Assembly (NCBI GenBank): GCA_963793305.1
Contig: CAWBZV010000003.1
Span: 704,001-768,000, forward strand
Length of the DNA: 64,000 bases
Direction: 5' to 3'
From: an uncultured Gemmatimonadales bacterium
GTDB lineage: Bacteria; Gemmatimonadota; Gemmatimonadetes; Gemmatimonadales; Gemmatimonadaceae
In this document: piece by piece, positions 17,689 through 29,791 of the stretch
Layout of the letters: each line of letters opens with the position of its first letter
Numbering within the stretch: the stretch's first letter is position 1
The notes under the pieces: model-generated
The model's database searches: none
Seen by the model: the letters and a program-made list of their open reading frames with translations, nothing else
What the model was told of the DNA's origin: nothing
Program-made: the position numbers and the translations under genes

Positions 17689-20600
17689 GTGCGACCCTCC
17701 GGTTCTGGTCTAGTCCTGTCGGCGACGGATCTTTCGAATTTCTTGAGCTGTCGGCGCCGCACTGCGCTCGAAATGGCCGAGGCTCTCGGGCAACGCCGCC
17801 GTCCGTACAAGAACGACCCCCTTCTCGAGCTGCTCTTCAAACGCGGTCTGGAACACGAAAAGTCGTATGTCACATCGCTCCAGGCGTCAGGCCGCCAGAT
17901 TGTTGATCTGAGCGGCTCGGGAGGCCACGATGAAGCTGTGGACCGCACCCTTGAGGCCATGAGGTCGGGTGCCGATGTGATCGTCCAAGGTGCGCTACGG
18001 AATGCACAATGGTTCGGCCGGCCGGATGTGCTGCAGCGAGTGCAAACCGCCAGCGCGCTTGGAACGTGGTCCTACGAGGTTACCGACACGAAGCTCGCCC
18101 GCGAGACCCGGGCGGGCACGATCCTCCAGCTCGGCCTCTATTCCGAGTTACTCGCCTCCGCACAAGGAAAGTGCCCAGAGCACTTTCACGTCATCACGCC
18201 GGCCACCGTCCCGACGCCCCCATACCGCGTCGATGACTATTCCGCGTACGTTCGGCTGATCCGTACCCAGTTGGAAGAGACGGTCGTTCGCGACTCCGGC
18301 ACGGTGGCAACCGAGAACTACCCTGAGCCGGTCGAGCACTGCGAGATATGCCCGTGGTGTCAAGAATGCGATGCAAAGCGTCACCGCGACGACCACCTCT
18401 CCCTCGTGGCGGGAATCTCGAGGCCCCAGCGCCGGGAGCTCAATGCAAACGGCGTCGCAACGCTCACGGCCCTCGCGCAACTGGCGGTGCCGTTGCCGTT
18501 CAAGCCAAAGCGTGGGGCGGCTGAAACCTTCGTTCGCGTTCACGACCAAGCGAGAGTGCAACTTGAGTCGCGCGGCAAGACTTCTCCAACGTACGAGCTG
18601 CGTGACTTCGAGGACGCCGAAGGCCTGCTGCGATTGCCGGAGCCATCACCCGGGGATCTGTTCCTCGACCTCGAAGGTGATCCCTTCGCCGTTGAAGGCG
18701 GGCGTGAGTACTTGTTCGGCGTCGTGAGCCGCACGGGCGATTGGGGTCCAAGTTACCGCGGGTTTTGGGCAGTCAGTGACGACGAAGAACGCCAAGCGTT
18801 CGAGTCGGTGATCGATCTCATCGTGGCCACGTGTCAAACGCACCCGACGATGCACGTCTATCACTATGCTCCATACGAGCCCTCTGCCTTCAAGCGACTT
18901 ATGGGTCGCTACGCGACGCGGGAATCCGAGCTGGATCGCCTGTTGCGCGCCGAGCGATTTGTTGACCTCTACGCGGTCGTTCGCCAAGGTCTGATCGTGG
19001 GAGTCGAGCAATATTCGATTAAGAACTTGGAGTCGCTATACGGCTTCGCCCGAGCCATTCCGCTCAGAGATGCCAATCGATCCCTCCGCGTAGTGGAACA
19101 CGCCCTCGAGCTCAACGCCCCGGGTGATGTTCCCGAAGAGGTGCGCGCGACCGTCGAAGGCTACAACAAGGATGACTGCCTCTCGACGCTTCATTTGCGC
19201 GATTGGCTCGAGGAAGTGCGAGGCAACGCTATAGCGGCCGGCGCTGACCTACCGCGGCCAACGTCTGGCGCGGCGGAGGCATCGGATAGGGTCGATGAAC
19301 GCGCCCAACGCGTCGACGCGCTGCGCGCCAAGTTGCTAAGCGGCGTTACGTCTACAGCGGTCGAACCCGAACAGCGAGCGCGCTGGTTGCTCGCGTACCT
19401 GCTCGACTGGCACCGACGCGAAGATAAGGCCACGTGGTGGGAATACTTCCGGCTGCGCGATCTCACCGACGACGAACTGACGGAAGAACCCGAGGCGATC
19501 GCCGGAATGGAGTTCGCCGCGCGGGTGAGGTCGGTTACGCACGGGAAAACCGGCAAGCCAACCGGATCGGTTGTCGACCGCTACCGGTTCCCTATCCAGG
19601 AAATGGAAGTTGGCTCACGGGATGAGCTGAAGCTGACCGGTGGGACGGCATTCGGGCGGGTCATAGACGTTCGATCGCGCTGCCCGAACGATCGATATCC
19701 AGAAGGGCGCCACTCAAGCCGGCATTCATCCTGCCGCGGTCTTCGCGCACACGTACGTGCGTACTGACGTGCTAGAGGATGCGATCTATTCTATAGGCGA
19801 GAGGGTTGTCGCGGACGGCGGACTCGCCGTCGGCCCGAAGGACTCAGATCGGGCGGCCAGAGACCTTCTTCTCGCGCATGCTCCGCGCCTTGCCTCCGGA
19901 GCCTTCAGATCCGAAGAACCAGAAGTCGAATTCGCAATTCGGACCATTGGGGACCTCGACGACACGGTGCTCGCGATTCAGGGTCCACCGGGCTCGGGAA
20001 AGACGTATTGTGCGGCCAGGATGATCCTCGAGCTCGTGTCGAAAAGCAAGAAGGTCGGCGTTACAGCAACAAGCCACAAAGTGATTCGCAATCTTCTTGA
20101 TGCTGTTGGGCGGGAGGCCGGGAAGATCGGATCTTCCGTGCGCCTCGCGCATAAGTGCGACGACGATGGCATCGGGGCAGGCGCATTAGCCATACCACTA
20201 GTCGCCGACAACGAGAAGGCGCTTCGACTCTTGAAGGCAAATGAGGCCGACGTCATGGGTGGCACCACTTGGCTTTGGGCGCGGGATGAGTTCGTGAACG
20301 CTGTTGACGTTCTATTCGTCGATGAGGCTGGGCAAATCGCGCTCGCAAACGTCCTAGCGGTCACAAGGGCTGCAAAGAGCGTCGTTCTCCTGGGCGATCC
20401 ACAGCAGCTCGAACAGCCGCACAAGGGGAGTCACCCGGAAGGTGTCAGCGTATCTGCGCTTGAGCACATCATCGGCGACAATCTTACCATTGCGCCGGAT
20501 CGCGGCGTCTTCCTTCCGATCACATGGCGACTCGCACCCAACATATGCTCATTCACATCGGAGCTGTTCTACGAAGGTCGACTGCGGGCAAAGCCAGACC

Positions 20601-21163
20601 TCGATCGTCAACGCTTGCGCGGCACCGGCGAATTTGACGGCAGCGGGCTGTGGCTCGTGGAGGTGGAGCATGACGCAAACCGCAACTTCGCGCCGGAGGA
20701 GGTGGATGTAGTCGCGGAGCTCGTCACTCGACTGACAGCTTCCGGCACGCAATGGACCAATCAGGCAGGCGAGTCGCGGCAGATGACCGGTCAGGACATT
20801 CTTGTGGTCTCGCCCTACAACGCCCAGGTCAGTCGATTGGCGGAACGGCTAACCACCGCAGGTGTGCGTGTCGGCACAGTAGACAAATTCCAAGGTCAAG
20901 AGGCGCCGGTGGTGATCTACTCGATGGCTACTTCTCGCCCCGAAGACGCGCCGCGTGGAATGGAGTTCCTCTACAGCTTGAATCGTCTCAACGTTGCGAC
21001 ATCTCGTGCACGTTGCGCCGCAATTCTTGTGGCGAGTCCCAAGTTGTTCGAACCCGAGTGCCGCACTCCGAGGCAGATTCGGCTGGCAAACGCGTTGTGT
21101 CGGTTTCGGGAATTGGCGCAGCTGCGAACATTCGCGAGAGTCGAACTCGGCGGCCAACCATGA
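17689..21163 (+). CDS. TM0106-family RecB-like nuclease fused to an SF1 (DNA2/NAM7-like) helicase; one frameshift near 19680
   Basis: LSATDL, GRPD, DTKLAR, FLDLEGDP, YHYAPYE and YNKDD in ORF 17689-19767; QGPPGSGKT, VDEAGQ, GTVDKFQGQE and NRLNVATSRA in ORF 19757-21163. Confidence 0.85.
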
Positions 21164-21547
21164 CAACCCGAATCTCTGGCAGTCCTTCCTTCCTCCTATA
21201 TAGTAGCGAACGCATTGACGGCGTTCTGCAGACGAACAACGGCAACAGCCCGAGCAGCTTCGCCTCGGCAGTGGCCTCATTCAGGATCCAACAATCAGCT
21301 CCTCGGTGAATCGGCTCTTCCGCATCTGAGCTTCCAGGTCGCGCATCGGCGATCAGTGTGATCATAAACTGGCTCACATTGGGGGAACGTCGGTTCCGCA
21401 CTGAGCCGAAACGAGGTCTCCTTGCTGAGTCACCCGGCCATAGGTAAATACAGTCGCCACAATGTTTTGCACGCCAATGCCGCGAACGATTCGGCGGCGG
21501 ATAGTATTTACATTTCGGGCGTCTCACTTCGCGACGCTGTCAGGGGC

Positions 21548-22198
21548 ATGTTGCAGATTCCATTTCGGACTCCAAGTCAGGTGACTGAAAAGCCGTACAG
21601 CCTCAGCTTCACCGCCGCCTCACTTAGGCCAGAACTGGCGCGCGTTGTGGCCGAGCATTTCCTCAACCTGGGTGACTGGGAGGCGGTCAGAAGGGAGATT
21701 CTCGCTGTCAACGCGCTCCAGACGCGCACTCCGGCTAGCGGCGTCCGGCTTGAACGTGAGCTTCGGCAGCGCCTGATGACACTCACACCCGAACAGCTTC
21801 GACTTCTCTCCAACGGCTCGACCGATGAACGGGCTGCCATGTCGTGGCTCGCAATGCTCAAGTACAACGCGTTCGTCTTCGAATTCGCCGCCGAGTCCCT
21901 GAGGGAGAAGCTCGCAGCGCGAGATGCGACCCTCAGACCGTCCGACTACGAAACATTCATTGATTCAACGGCTATCGCTCATCCCGAACTCCCCGGACTC
22001 AAGGAATCGTCGAGAAAGAAGGTTCGCGCGGTGCTTCGGCGCATGCTGACCGAAGCTGGATTGCTTGTCCCTGGCGATGCCCTGGGCACACTTCAACGCG
22101 CGGTTCCAAGCCCGTCAACGCTCGCTGTCATCCTGAACGATAGCCCTGCATGGCTGGCTGGCTTCCTGTTCCCCGATGCGGACATCGCCCGTCTGTGA
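21548..22198 (+). CDS. brxA: BREX BrxA (DUF1819)
   Basis: YSLSFTAASLR, NALQ, RELRQRL and RMLTEAGLL; first gene of the BREX operon; start could be 21581. Confidence 0.85.
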   Translation: MLQIPFRTPSQVTEKPYSLSFTAASLRPELARVVAEHFLNLGDWEAVRREILAVNALQTRTPASGVRLERELRQRLMTLTPEQLRLLSNGSTDERAAMSWLAMLKYNAFVFEFAAESLREKLAARDATLRPSDYETFIDSTAIAHPELPGLKESSRKKVRAVLRRMLTEAGLLVPGDALGTLQRAVPSPSTLAVILNDSPAWLAGFLFPDADIARL

Positions 22199-22815
22199 GC
22201 GCTCAGGATCTTCACGCCCTCGCAGAGCGCCTCTACAAGATCCTCAGCAGCCCGGACTTCCTGGCGATGAAGGGCCTCGGTAATGAGGTCCCGATCTTCA
22301 TCCAAGCGTACGATCCGGCGCAGGAAGTCGGTGTGCGTCAGATGGCTGATGGCCTGACGGGTCGCATGCGGAGCAGGGGCTTGGTGGTAAAGACGCTGGA
22401 CCTCTTCACGCTAGTTCTTGAAGAGCTCGAAGCGCACGATCTCCTGAACGACATCATGGAGAGCGAAGCGAGCTGGGAGAAGGTCGAGCTGTTCGAGACG
22501 CTCAGGAACTACTCTGATCCAAAAAAGCATCTGATTCCTCGTCTGATGCGTGCGATCGGCGACGACACGCAGATCACGCTCCTCACTGGCGTCGGACGCG
22601 TCTACCCGTTCCTGCGTACGCATACGATCCTCGAATCATTGCAGCCCGCGATGCTGCCGCACCCGGTTGTGATGTTCTTTCCTGGCGAATACACCCAAGA
22701 GGTGGGTGGTGGCTCGCACCTCAGACTCTTCGGCAGACACCCAAGCCCGCGCATTCACAATCCGTACTATCGGGCGCTGAACCTCGATAACTACCGTCTA
22801 GCGGACACACGATGA
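22195..22815 (+). CDS. brxB: BREX BrxB (DUF1788)
   Basis: GLGNEVPIFI, TGVGRVYPFLRTH, MFFPGEY, YYRALN; GTGA overlap. Confidence 0.92.
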   Translation: MSAQDLHALAERLYKILSSPDFLAMKGLGNEVPIFIQAYDPAQEVGVRQMADGLTGRMRSRGLVVKTLDLFTLVLEELEAHDLLNDIMESEASWEKVELFETLRNYSDPKKHLIPRLMRAIGDDTQITLLTGVGRVYPFLRTHTILESLQPAMLPHPVVMFFPGEYTQEVGGGSHLRLFGRHPSPRIHNPYYRALNLDNYRLADTR

Positions 22816-25800
22816 AAATCAAGGACCTCTTCCTGAAGCCGGTCGAACGCCCGATCGACGGCGTGATCAAGGCGGACGACGACCGCAATCTCCAGACAGA
22901 ACTTGAGGAGTACGTCATCACGCGAGACGTGGCAAGGGGTCTCAGCAAGCTCACCGAGCGCTACCTCGATGACCGCACGGCAAACGGCGTGTGGATCTCC
23001 GGCTTCTTTGGCTCCGGGAAGTCACACTTGCTCAAGATGCTGTCGCTCGTTCTCGACGGCCGCCCACTTGCGAACGGAACGCGAGGGGCGGACATCCTCC
23101 TTCCTGAAGATTGAGGACGAGATCGTCCAGGCTGCTTTGCGCAAGGCCGCAGGAGTGCCATCTCGCAGCATTCTTTTCAACATTGACCAAAAGTTCGACG
23201 GCATTGGCGGCGACCACTCGGCGCCCATTCTCGAAGTGTTCGTGAAGGTCATGAACGAGATGCAGGGCTACTACGGCAACCAGGGCTACATCGCGCAGTT
23301 CGAGCACGATCTCGACAAGCGCGGGGAATTTCAACCATTCCGAGTCACGTACGAAAAGGTCAATGGCCGCACATGGGAGGCGGACCGTGAAGCCATTACC
23401 ACGGTGCGTGCTCCGGCATTCGACAAGGCGTACGCTGAACACTTCAGCATTCCCATCACAGACGCGCGCGGGGTGATCAAACGGGTTCGCGAGGACTACA
23501 AGGTCTCCATTGAGAGCTTCGCGCATCGCGTACGTGATTACATTGACAAACAACCGGCGGGGTTCCGCCTCAACTTCTTCATTGATGAGGTGGGCCAGTT
23601 CATTGGCCAGGATTCCAAACGCATGCTCAACCTCCAGACGGTGGCCGAGACGCTCGGCACTGTCTGTGGAGGCCGCGCCTGGGTGTTCGTCACCTCCCAG
23701 GCGGATCTCGAAGGCGTGCTTGGTGATTTCAGGAACCTCCAGGCTCAGGACATTCTCGAAGATCCAGGGGCGCTTCAAGACGCGCATCACTCTGGCGAGC
23801 GCCGACGTCCGCGAGGTTATTCAAAAACGTTTGCTTGCCAAGAAGGAGACCGAACCCGCGGAGCTGACGGTGATTTGGGACAGGGAGAAAGACAACCTTC
23901 AGACGCTATTCCGATTCGGCGATCAGTCTCGATCGTACAATGGCTGGCGCGGAAGCGATGAGTTCTGCGGTCTGTACCCGTTCCATCCGTACCAGTTCGA
24001 GCTGTTTCAGGAAGCCATCGCGCAGCTCTCGAAGCATGGTGCCTTTACCGGCCGACACCAGTCAGTCGGTGAGCGATCCATGCTTGCGGTATTTCAGGAA
24101 GTCGCGAAGTCGGTCCGCGACGATCAGGTAGGCCGGCTCGCGACGTTCGACCACATGTATGATGGAATCGCCGCGTCGTTGCGCGGCGACATGCAGACGT
24201 CGATCAAGTTGGCCGAGCGGCAACTCGGCGAACTGCAGCTCCGCATCCTCAAGTCGCTCTTCTTGCTCAAGTGGGTACGCGAGTTCAAGGCGACGCCGCG
24301 CAATGTCGCCATCCTCCTCATCGACCGTCCCGACCTCGACATACGAGCCCACGAGCTGGCGGTGAAGGAAGCACTCGCCCTACTGGAAAGCCAGTCCTAC
24401 TTCCAGCGGAATGGCGATGAATACGAATTCCTGACCGATGCGGAAAAGGACATCGAAGTCGAGATCAAGAATACCGAAGTTGACGATTCAGCCGTCGCCA
24501 AGCTGTTGGTCGATACGCTGTTCAGCGACGTGTTGCGCGACCAGAAGGTCCGCTACGACGCCAACCAGCAGGACTACTCGTATGCACGGAAGCTCGACGA
24601 CGCAATCATGGGACGTGATGCGGAAATCGGCCTGAACGTCGTCACGACAGAGCATCCCAACTACGGACAGTTGGCGACGCTCGCCGCGCAGAACATGGGT
24701 CGTCCGGAGCTACTTGCCGTGTTGCCCGCGGACACGCGGCTGACCGACCTCGCTAGGTTGTACCTGAAGGCGGACAAGTACATCCGGCAGAACTCGGGCG
24801 GCAATGACGCGAATCGGCGGACGATTCTCGAACAGCGCGGTCAACAGAACGCCGCGCGCCGCGCCGAGATGATCACGCTGGCGAACGACTTCCTGAGTCG
24901 CGCGACGCTCTTTGTCAATGGCGCCCGATCGGAGACCGCAGGCCACGGTGAGCCCCGGGCCCGATTCGGCAAGGCGCTTCAGGAACTGATCGCCTTTGCC
25001 TATCCGAGCCTCAAGATGTTGAAGGGGAGCTACGACGAGCGGGCGCTCTCGAAGACACTCCTCGACCCGGACGATCTGATCGAAGGCACCGAGCGTCCGC
25101 TCACCGAAGCGGAGGCCGAGATTCTCACGTATGTTCGGCGCAATCAGGACGACGGGCAGCGCACATCCATAGAAGAGATGGTGCGGGAGTTCGGGCGCAG
25201 GCCGTACGGTTGGTACCCGATGGCAGTTCTCACGGTGGTGGCTCGGCTGTTCCGGATGGGCAAAGTTGAGTTGCGCGGTCCCGACCTCCTCGACGCGCAG
25301 GGCGCACTGGACAAGCTGCGCAGCTCACGGCAGCACGGAAGTGTTCGAGTGCGGCTTCAGGAACTGATCGCGCCGGGACAGGTAAGTGCGCTCAAGAACT
25401 TCCACCACGATTTCTTCGATAGTGCCAATGATGGCACCGACGCACGCTCGGTCGCGCAGCGAACCTCCGATGCGTTCCGAGCGAGGGCGCGAGTGGTCCT
25501 GGTACTGCTTGATCAGGCGTCACGCTATGCATTCCTCGCTCCGCTGCGCCCCGTGGCGACACGCCTCGAGCAGCTCGCAGGGCGAGATCACACGTGGCTT
25601 CTCAAGAACGTGACGGAGTTCTCGAACGAGCTACTCGATGCAAAGGAGAACCTGCTCGGCCCCATCGAGGCGTTCATGCATGGCCAGCAACGGGTGGCGT
25701 ACGATGAGGCAATCGCATTCCTGCGCGAAGAGGGCGCGAACCTTCCGGAGCTCCCGGCCGTCGACGTACAGCCACTTCGGGATCTCGAGGCGTCACTCGC

Positions 25801-26317
25801 CCCATATCGCGGAAATCTCGTACCGAATGCGAAGTCTGCTGTCGGCCGGTTGCGCAGCATGCTTGCCGACCTGTTGACCGCGGAGCGTGATCGTGGCGTG
25901 GGCGTGGTGGACGAGCACGAGTCTCGACTGAAGGCCGACGTTGAGTTCACCGAGCTAACAGAGCCTGCTCGGAGCAAGGTGCTCGCGTCCTCGGTGGCCG
26001 CGCGCACCGATCTCCGGGCGGCGCGCTTTGTCTCAGGCGTGCGGGATCGGCTCAACCGGTACACAGATCGCGAGTATCCGGCGCAGCTCACGCTGCTGGC
26101 ACGTCTCGCCGCGCAGGAGGCCGCGTCACGTCAGATGGATGACGGTGAAGAAGTGTCACCACCGCCGGCGCCAATTCAGTACACCCCGGCCGCTTCTCTC
26201 CGTCCGGCATGCTCGTTCTCCTACGTTGCCAACGCCGAGCAGTTAAACCAATGGCTCGCAGCTCTGCGCGTGCTGGCACAGGTTGAATTGGCAAAAGGCA
26301 ACCGTATCAGCCTCTGA
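22812..26317 (+). CDS. brxC: BREX BrxC P-loop ATPase; frameshifts near 23100 and 23755
   Basis: ELEEYVIT, WISGFFGSGKSH, IDEVGQ, VTSQ, KIQGRF, YPFHPYQ, PYGW. Confidence 0.92.
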
Positions 26318-26330
26318 TCGAGACGCATTC

Positions 26331-29300
26331 TTGAATACTTCTGCTCTCAAGTCATTCGCTCCAGCCGTCCGCCGCGAACTGATCGAGGCGGTTGGACGGA
26401 AGCTCGACGTTGTCCTCGCGACGCAGACGCCCGACTATCGGACGACGTTCGCGGCGCAAGTCGCCACGCTTCGCAAGTTGGAGCGTGCGGATCGGACTGG
26501 GCTTGTCGAAAAGGTGGCGTACACCTGGTTCAACCGCCTCACGGCGCTCCGCTACCTAGACGCGCGAGGGTGGCATCCATTCCGGGCGCGCGTGTTGACG
26601 TTGTCCGATGAGGGTTCTACGCAGCCCGAGCTACTTAAGTTGGCCCGTGACGGCGCGCTGCCGGATGAGCTCAAGCGACATACCGATTCAGCCAGGCTTG
26701 ATGGCCTTCTTGACGGCAAACTCCCGTCATCCAACCCGCAGGGTGAAGTCTACCGCCATCTCGTGTTAGCAAGCTGTCGGTTCTATCACACGCTGCTTCC
26801 CGATGTGTTCGAGCGTCTGGACGACGCGACCGAGTTGCTGCTGCCGGACGATTTGCTCACCGAGCAGTCGGTGGTGCAGGGGTTCCGCACGGAGATTACC
26901 GACGAGGACTGCGCCGACGTCGAGATCATCGGCTGGCTCTACCAGTTCTACCTCGCTGAGCGCAAAGACGAGATCATGGCGCGCAAGAGCTCTGTGCCAA
27001 CTGAGGACATTCCCGCGGTAACGCAGCTCTTCACACCGCACTGGATCGTCCGCTACCTCGTCGAAAACTCCCTTGGCCGGCTCTGGCTACTGAATCACCC
27101 GGACTCGCGGCTGCGCGAGCACATGCCCTACTACATCGAGAGTGAACCCGAGACCGACTTCCTCAAGATCACGAAGCCTGAGGACATTCGCGTGTGCGAT
27201 CCCGCCGTCGGCAGCGGGCACATGCTCACCTACGCCTTCGACCTGCTCACCCTCATTTACGAGGAGGAAGGTTACGCTCCCACCGAGGTTCCCGCCCTCA
27301 TCCTGCGCCACAATCTCTTTGGCATAGACATCGATGCTCGGGCGGCGCAGCTCGCCGAGCTAGCCCTCGTCTTCAAGGCCCGAGAAAAGTCCCGTCGCTT
27401 CTTCCAGCCAGACCATCTTGTCCGGCCCAACATCGTTGAACTGCGCGACGTGCGCTTCGCGGACAATGAGCTGCGAGAGTACATCCGCGCGCTAGATCTG
27501 GGGGCTCTCTTCGATGCGTCACTGATCGAACTGCTTCACCAATTCGAGGAGGCGAGGAATTTCGGCTCGCTCATCCAGCCGTGCCTCGACGAACGTGCCA
27601 TCGCCTTCGCCCGCCGAGCCATCGAGGCGAAGGACCTCGGCGGCCAGCTTTTCCTGAGCGAAACGCACCTCAAAGTCCTGCGCGTGCTCGAACAAGCCCA
27701 GGCGCTCACCCAGCGGTATTATGTCGTCGTGGTCAATCCGCCGTATATGGGCGGCAAAGGAATGAATCCGCGTGTAAAGCAGTTCTTACAAGAACATTTT
27801 GCCGACTTCAAGGCCGACATGTTCGCCGGTTTTATTGTGCGCTCGCTTGGTTTGGCTGTTCCGAGCGGTCAGCTCGGATTCATGACACCGTTCGTTTGGA
27901 TGTTCATTTCTACCTATGAAAAACTCAGGCAGCATATTCTGGGAAAGGCGACCATCACTTCTCTTGTACAGCTTGAATACTCCGGCTTTGACGGTGCAAC
28001 TGTTCCAATTTGCACCTTCACATTGGAAAATCGGCGTCGCGCGACCGGCACTGGATATTATGTTCGATTGACGAGCTTTCGCGGAACAGACAACCAAGGG
28101 CCAAAGACGATCGAAGCAGTGAAGAATCGCAGTTGTGGCTGGTTCTACGAGGCCAATTCAGATGACTTCATGGCGATCCCAGGTAGCCCGATTGCCTACT
28201 GGGCCAGCAAAGCCGTCTTTCGGTCTTTCAAGAGTGCGACGCGGTCGGTCGCCAACTTTGTCGAATCAGAAGGAAAGAACGTCACCACCGACAATGCGCG
28301 TTTCACTCGTTGCTGGTGGGAGATTGATGTCGGTGAATTAGGTGAATCACCCAAACGATGGTTTCCGTTTGCCACAGGTGGAGGTTTTCGAAAGTGGTTC
28401 GGAAACATGACGGACGTTGTAGATTGGTCTCCCAAGGCTCTACAGCACTACAGGCAATCGCTTGCCGGCCGTTTAATTCGCGAGGAATTTTGGTTTCTTC
28501 GCGGTATTACGTGGAGCAAAATTACGTCAAGTAGAGCGAGCTTTAGGATTCTACCGCGCGAGCAGACATACCAAGAAGTAGCCATTCTTGTTCGCCCCCG
28601 AGAATGAAAGACTGCTTATACCTCTGCTCGGATTTCTAAACTCTGTCGTATCTGAAAGGTTGCTGCAGATTCTTGCACCTACACTCAACTATCAGTTGGA
28701 CGATATCTGCAGGCTGCCTTGGCATGATCCCTCAGATCAACACCATTGCAACAAACTCGTTGAAGCACTGCTGAGCGATTCTCGCGCCGACTGGGACAGC
28801 TTTGAGACCTCGTGGAACTTCCGCGATCTGCCGTTGCTGCGGCCGGGGTTGAAGGGCGCGACACTTGAGGCGGGGTGGCGGAGTTGGGAGGCGCAGAGCA
28901 CCGCCGCCATCCGCCGCATGCAGGAGTTGGAGACAGAGAACAACCGGCTCTTTATCGCCGCCTACGGTCTCGACGGCGAGTTGCAGCCCGAAGTGCCCGA
29001 GGCGCAAATCACCCTCGCTCGCGCTGATGTGCGCCGCGACGTAGCTGCCTTCCTCTCGTACGCCGTCGGCTGCATGATGGGCCGCTATTCCCCCGACCAC
29101 CCCGGCCTCATCCTCGCGAACGCCGGCGACACACTGCGCGAGTTTCTGGCAAAGGTGAACCGGCCGCAGGATCAGCTCGCGTTCGCCCCCGACGAGGACG
29201 GCATCATCCCTGTACTCGATGGCGAGTGGTTCGAGGACGACATTGTCGCTCGCACCCGCGATTTCCTTCGCGCCACCTTCGGAGAAGCAACCCTACGGGA

Positions 29301-29778
29301 GAATCTCCGCTTCATAGAAGACTCTCTCGGGAAGGACCTACGGAAGTATTTCCTCACCGACTTCTACAAGGACCATCTCCAGACCTACAAAAAACGCCCC
29401 ATTTACTGGCTGGTGCAAAGCCCCAAGAAGGGGTTCGGTGCACTCGTCTATCTCCACCGCTACACGCGAGACACTCTGAACATCGTCCTCAATCGCTATC
29501 TACGAGAGTACGTCGTACGGCTGAGGAGTCGCGATGCACAATTGGCGCAGTCGCTCGCTGGCGAGTCACTGACCGCTCCCGAGCGCAGCACCACTCGCAA
29601 GGAATCAGATAGAATGGCGAAGGTTCTCCATGAGTGTGAAGAATGGGAGCGCGAGTCGCTCCTTCCGCTCGCCCAGCAGCGCATTGAACTGGATCTGGAT
29701 GATGGAGTGAAAGTGAACTACCTCAAGCTCGCTGACGTCCTGGCTCCGATCCCGGGCCTCGCGGCTGTCGAGGAATGA
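26331..29778 (+). CDS. pglX: BREX PglX adenine DNA methyltransferase; frameshift near 28590
   Basis: AYTWFNR, IGWLYQFY, TQLFTPHWIV, DPAVGSGH, NPPY, KKRPIYW, DLDDGVKVNY. Confidence 0.95.
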
Positions 29779-29791
29779 GAGTCGATCCGAG

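Noticed and set aside
20988..21527. Minus-strand 179-aa ORF between the helicase and brxA as a BREX regulator
   Set aside because: It overlaps the helicase and shows no HTH or WYL features.
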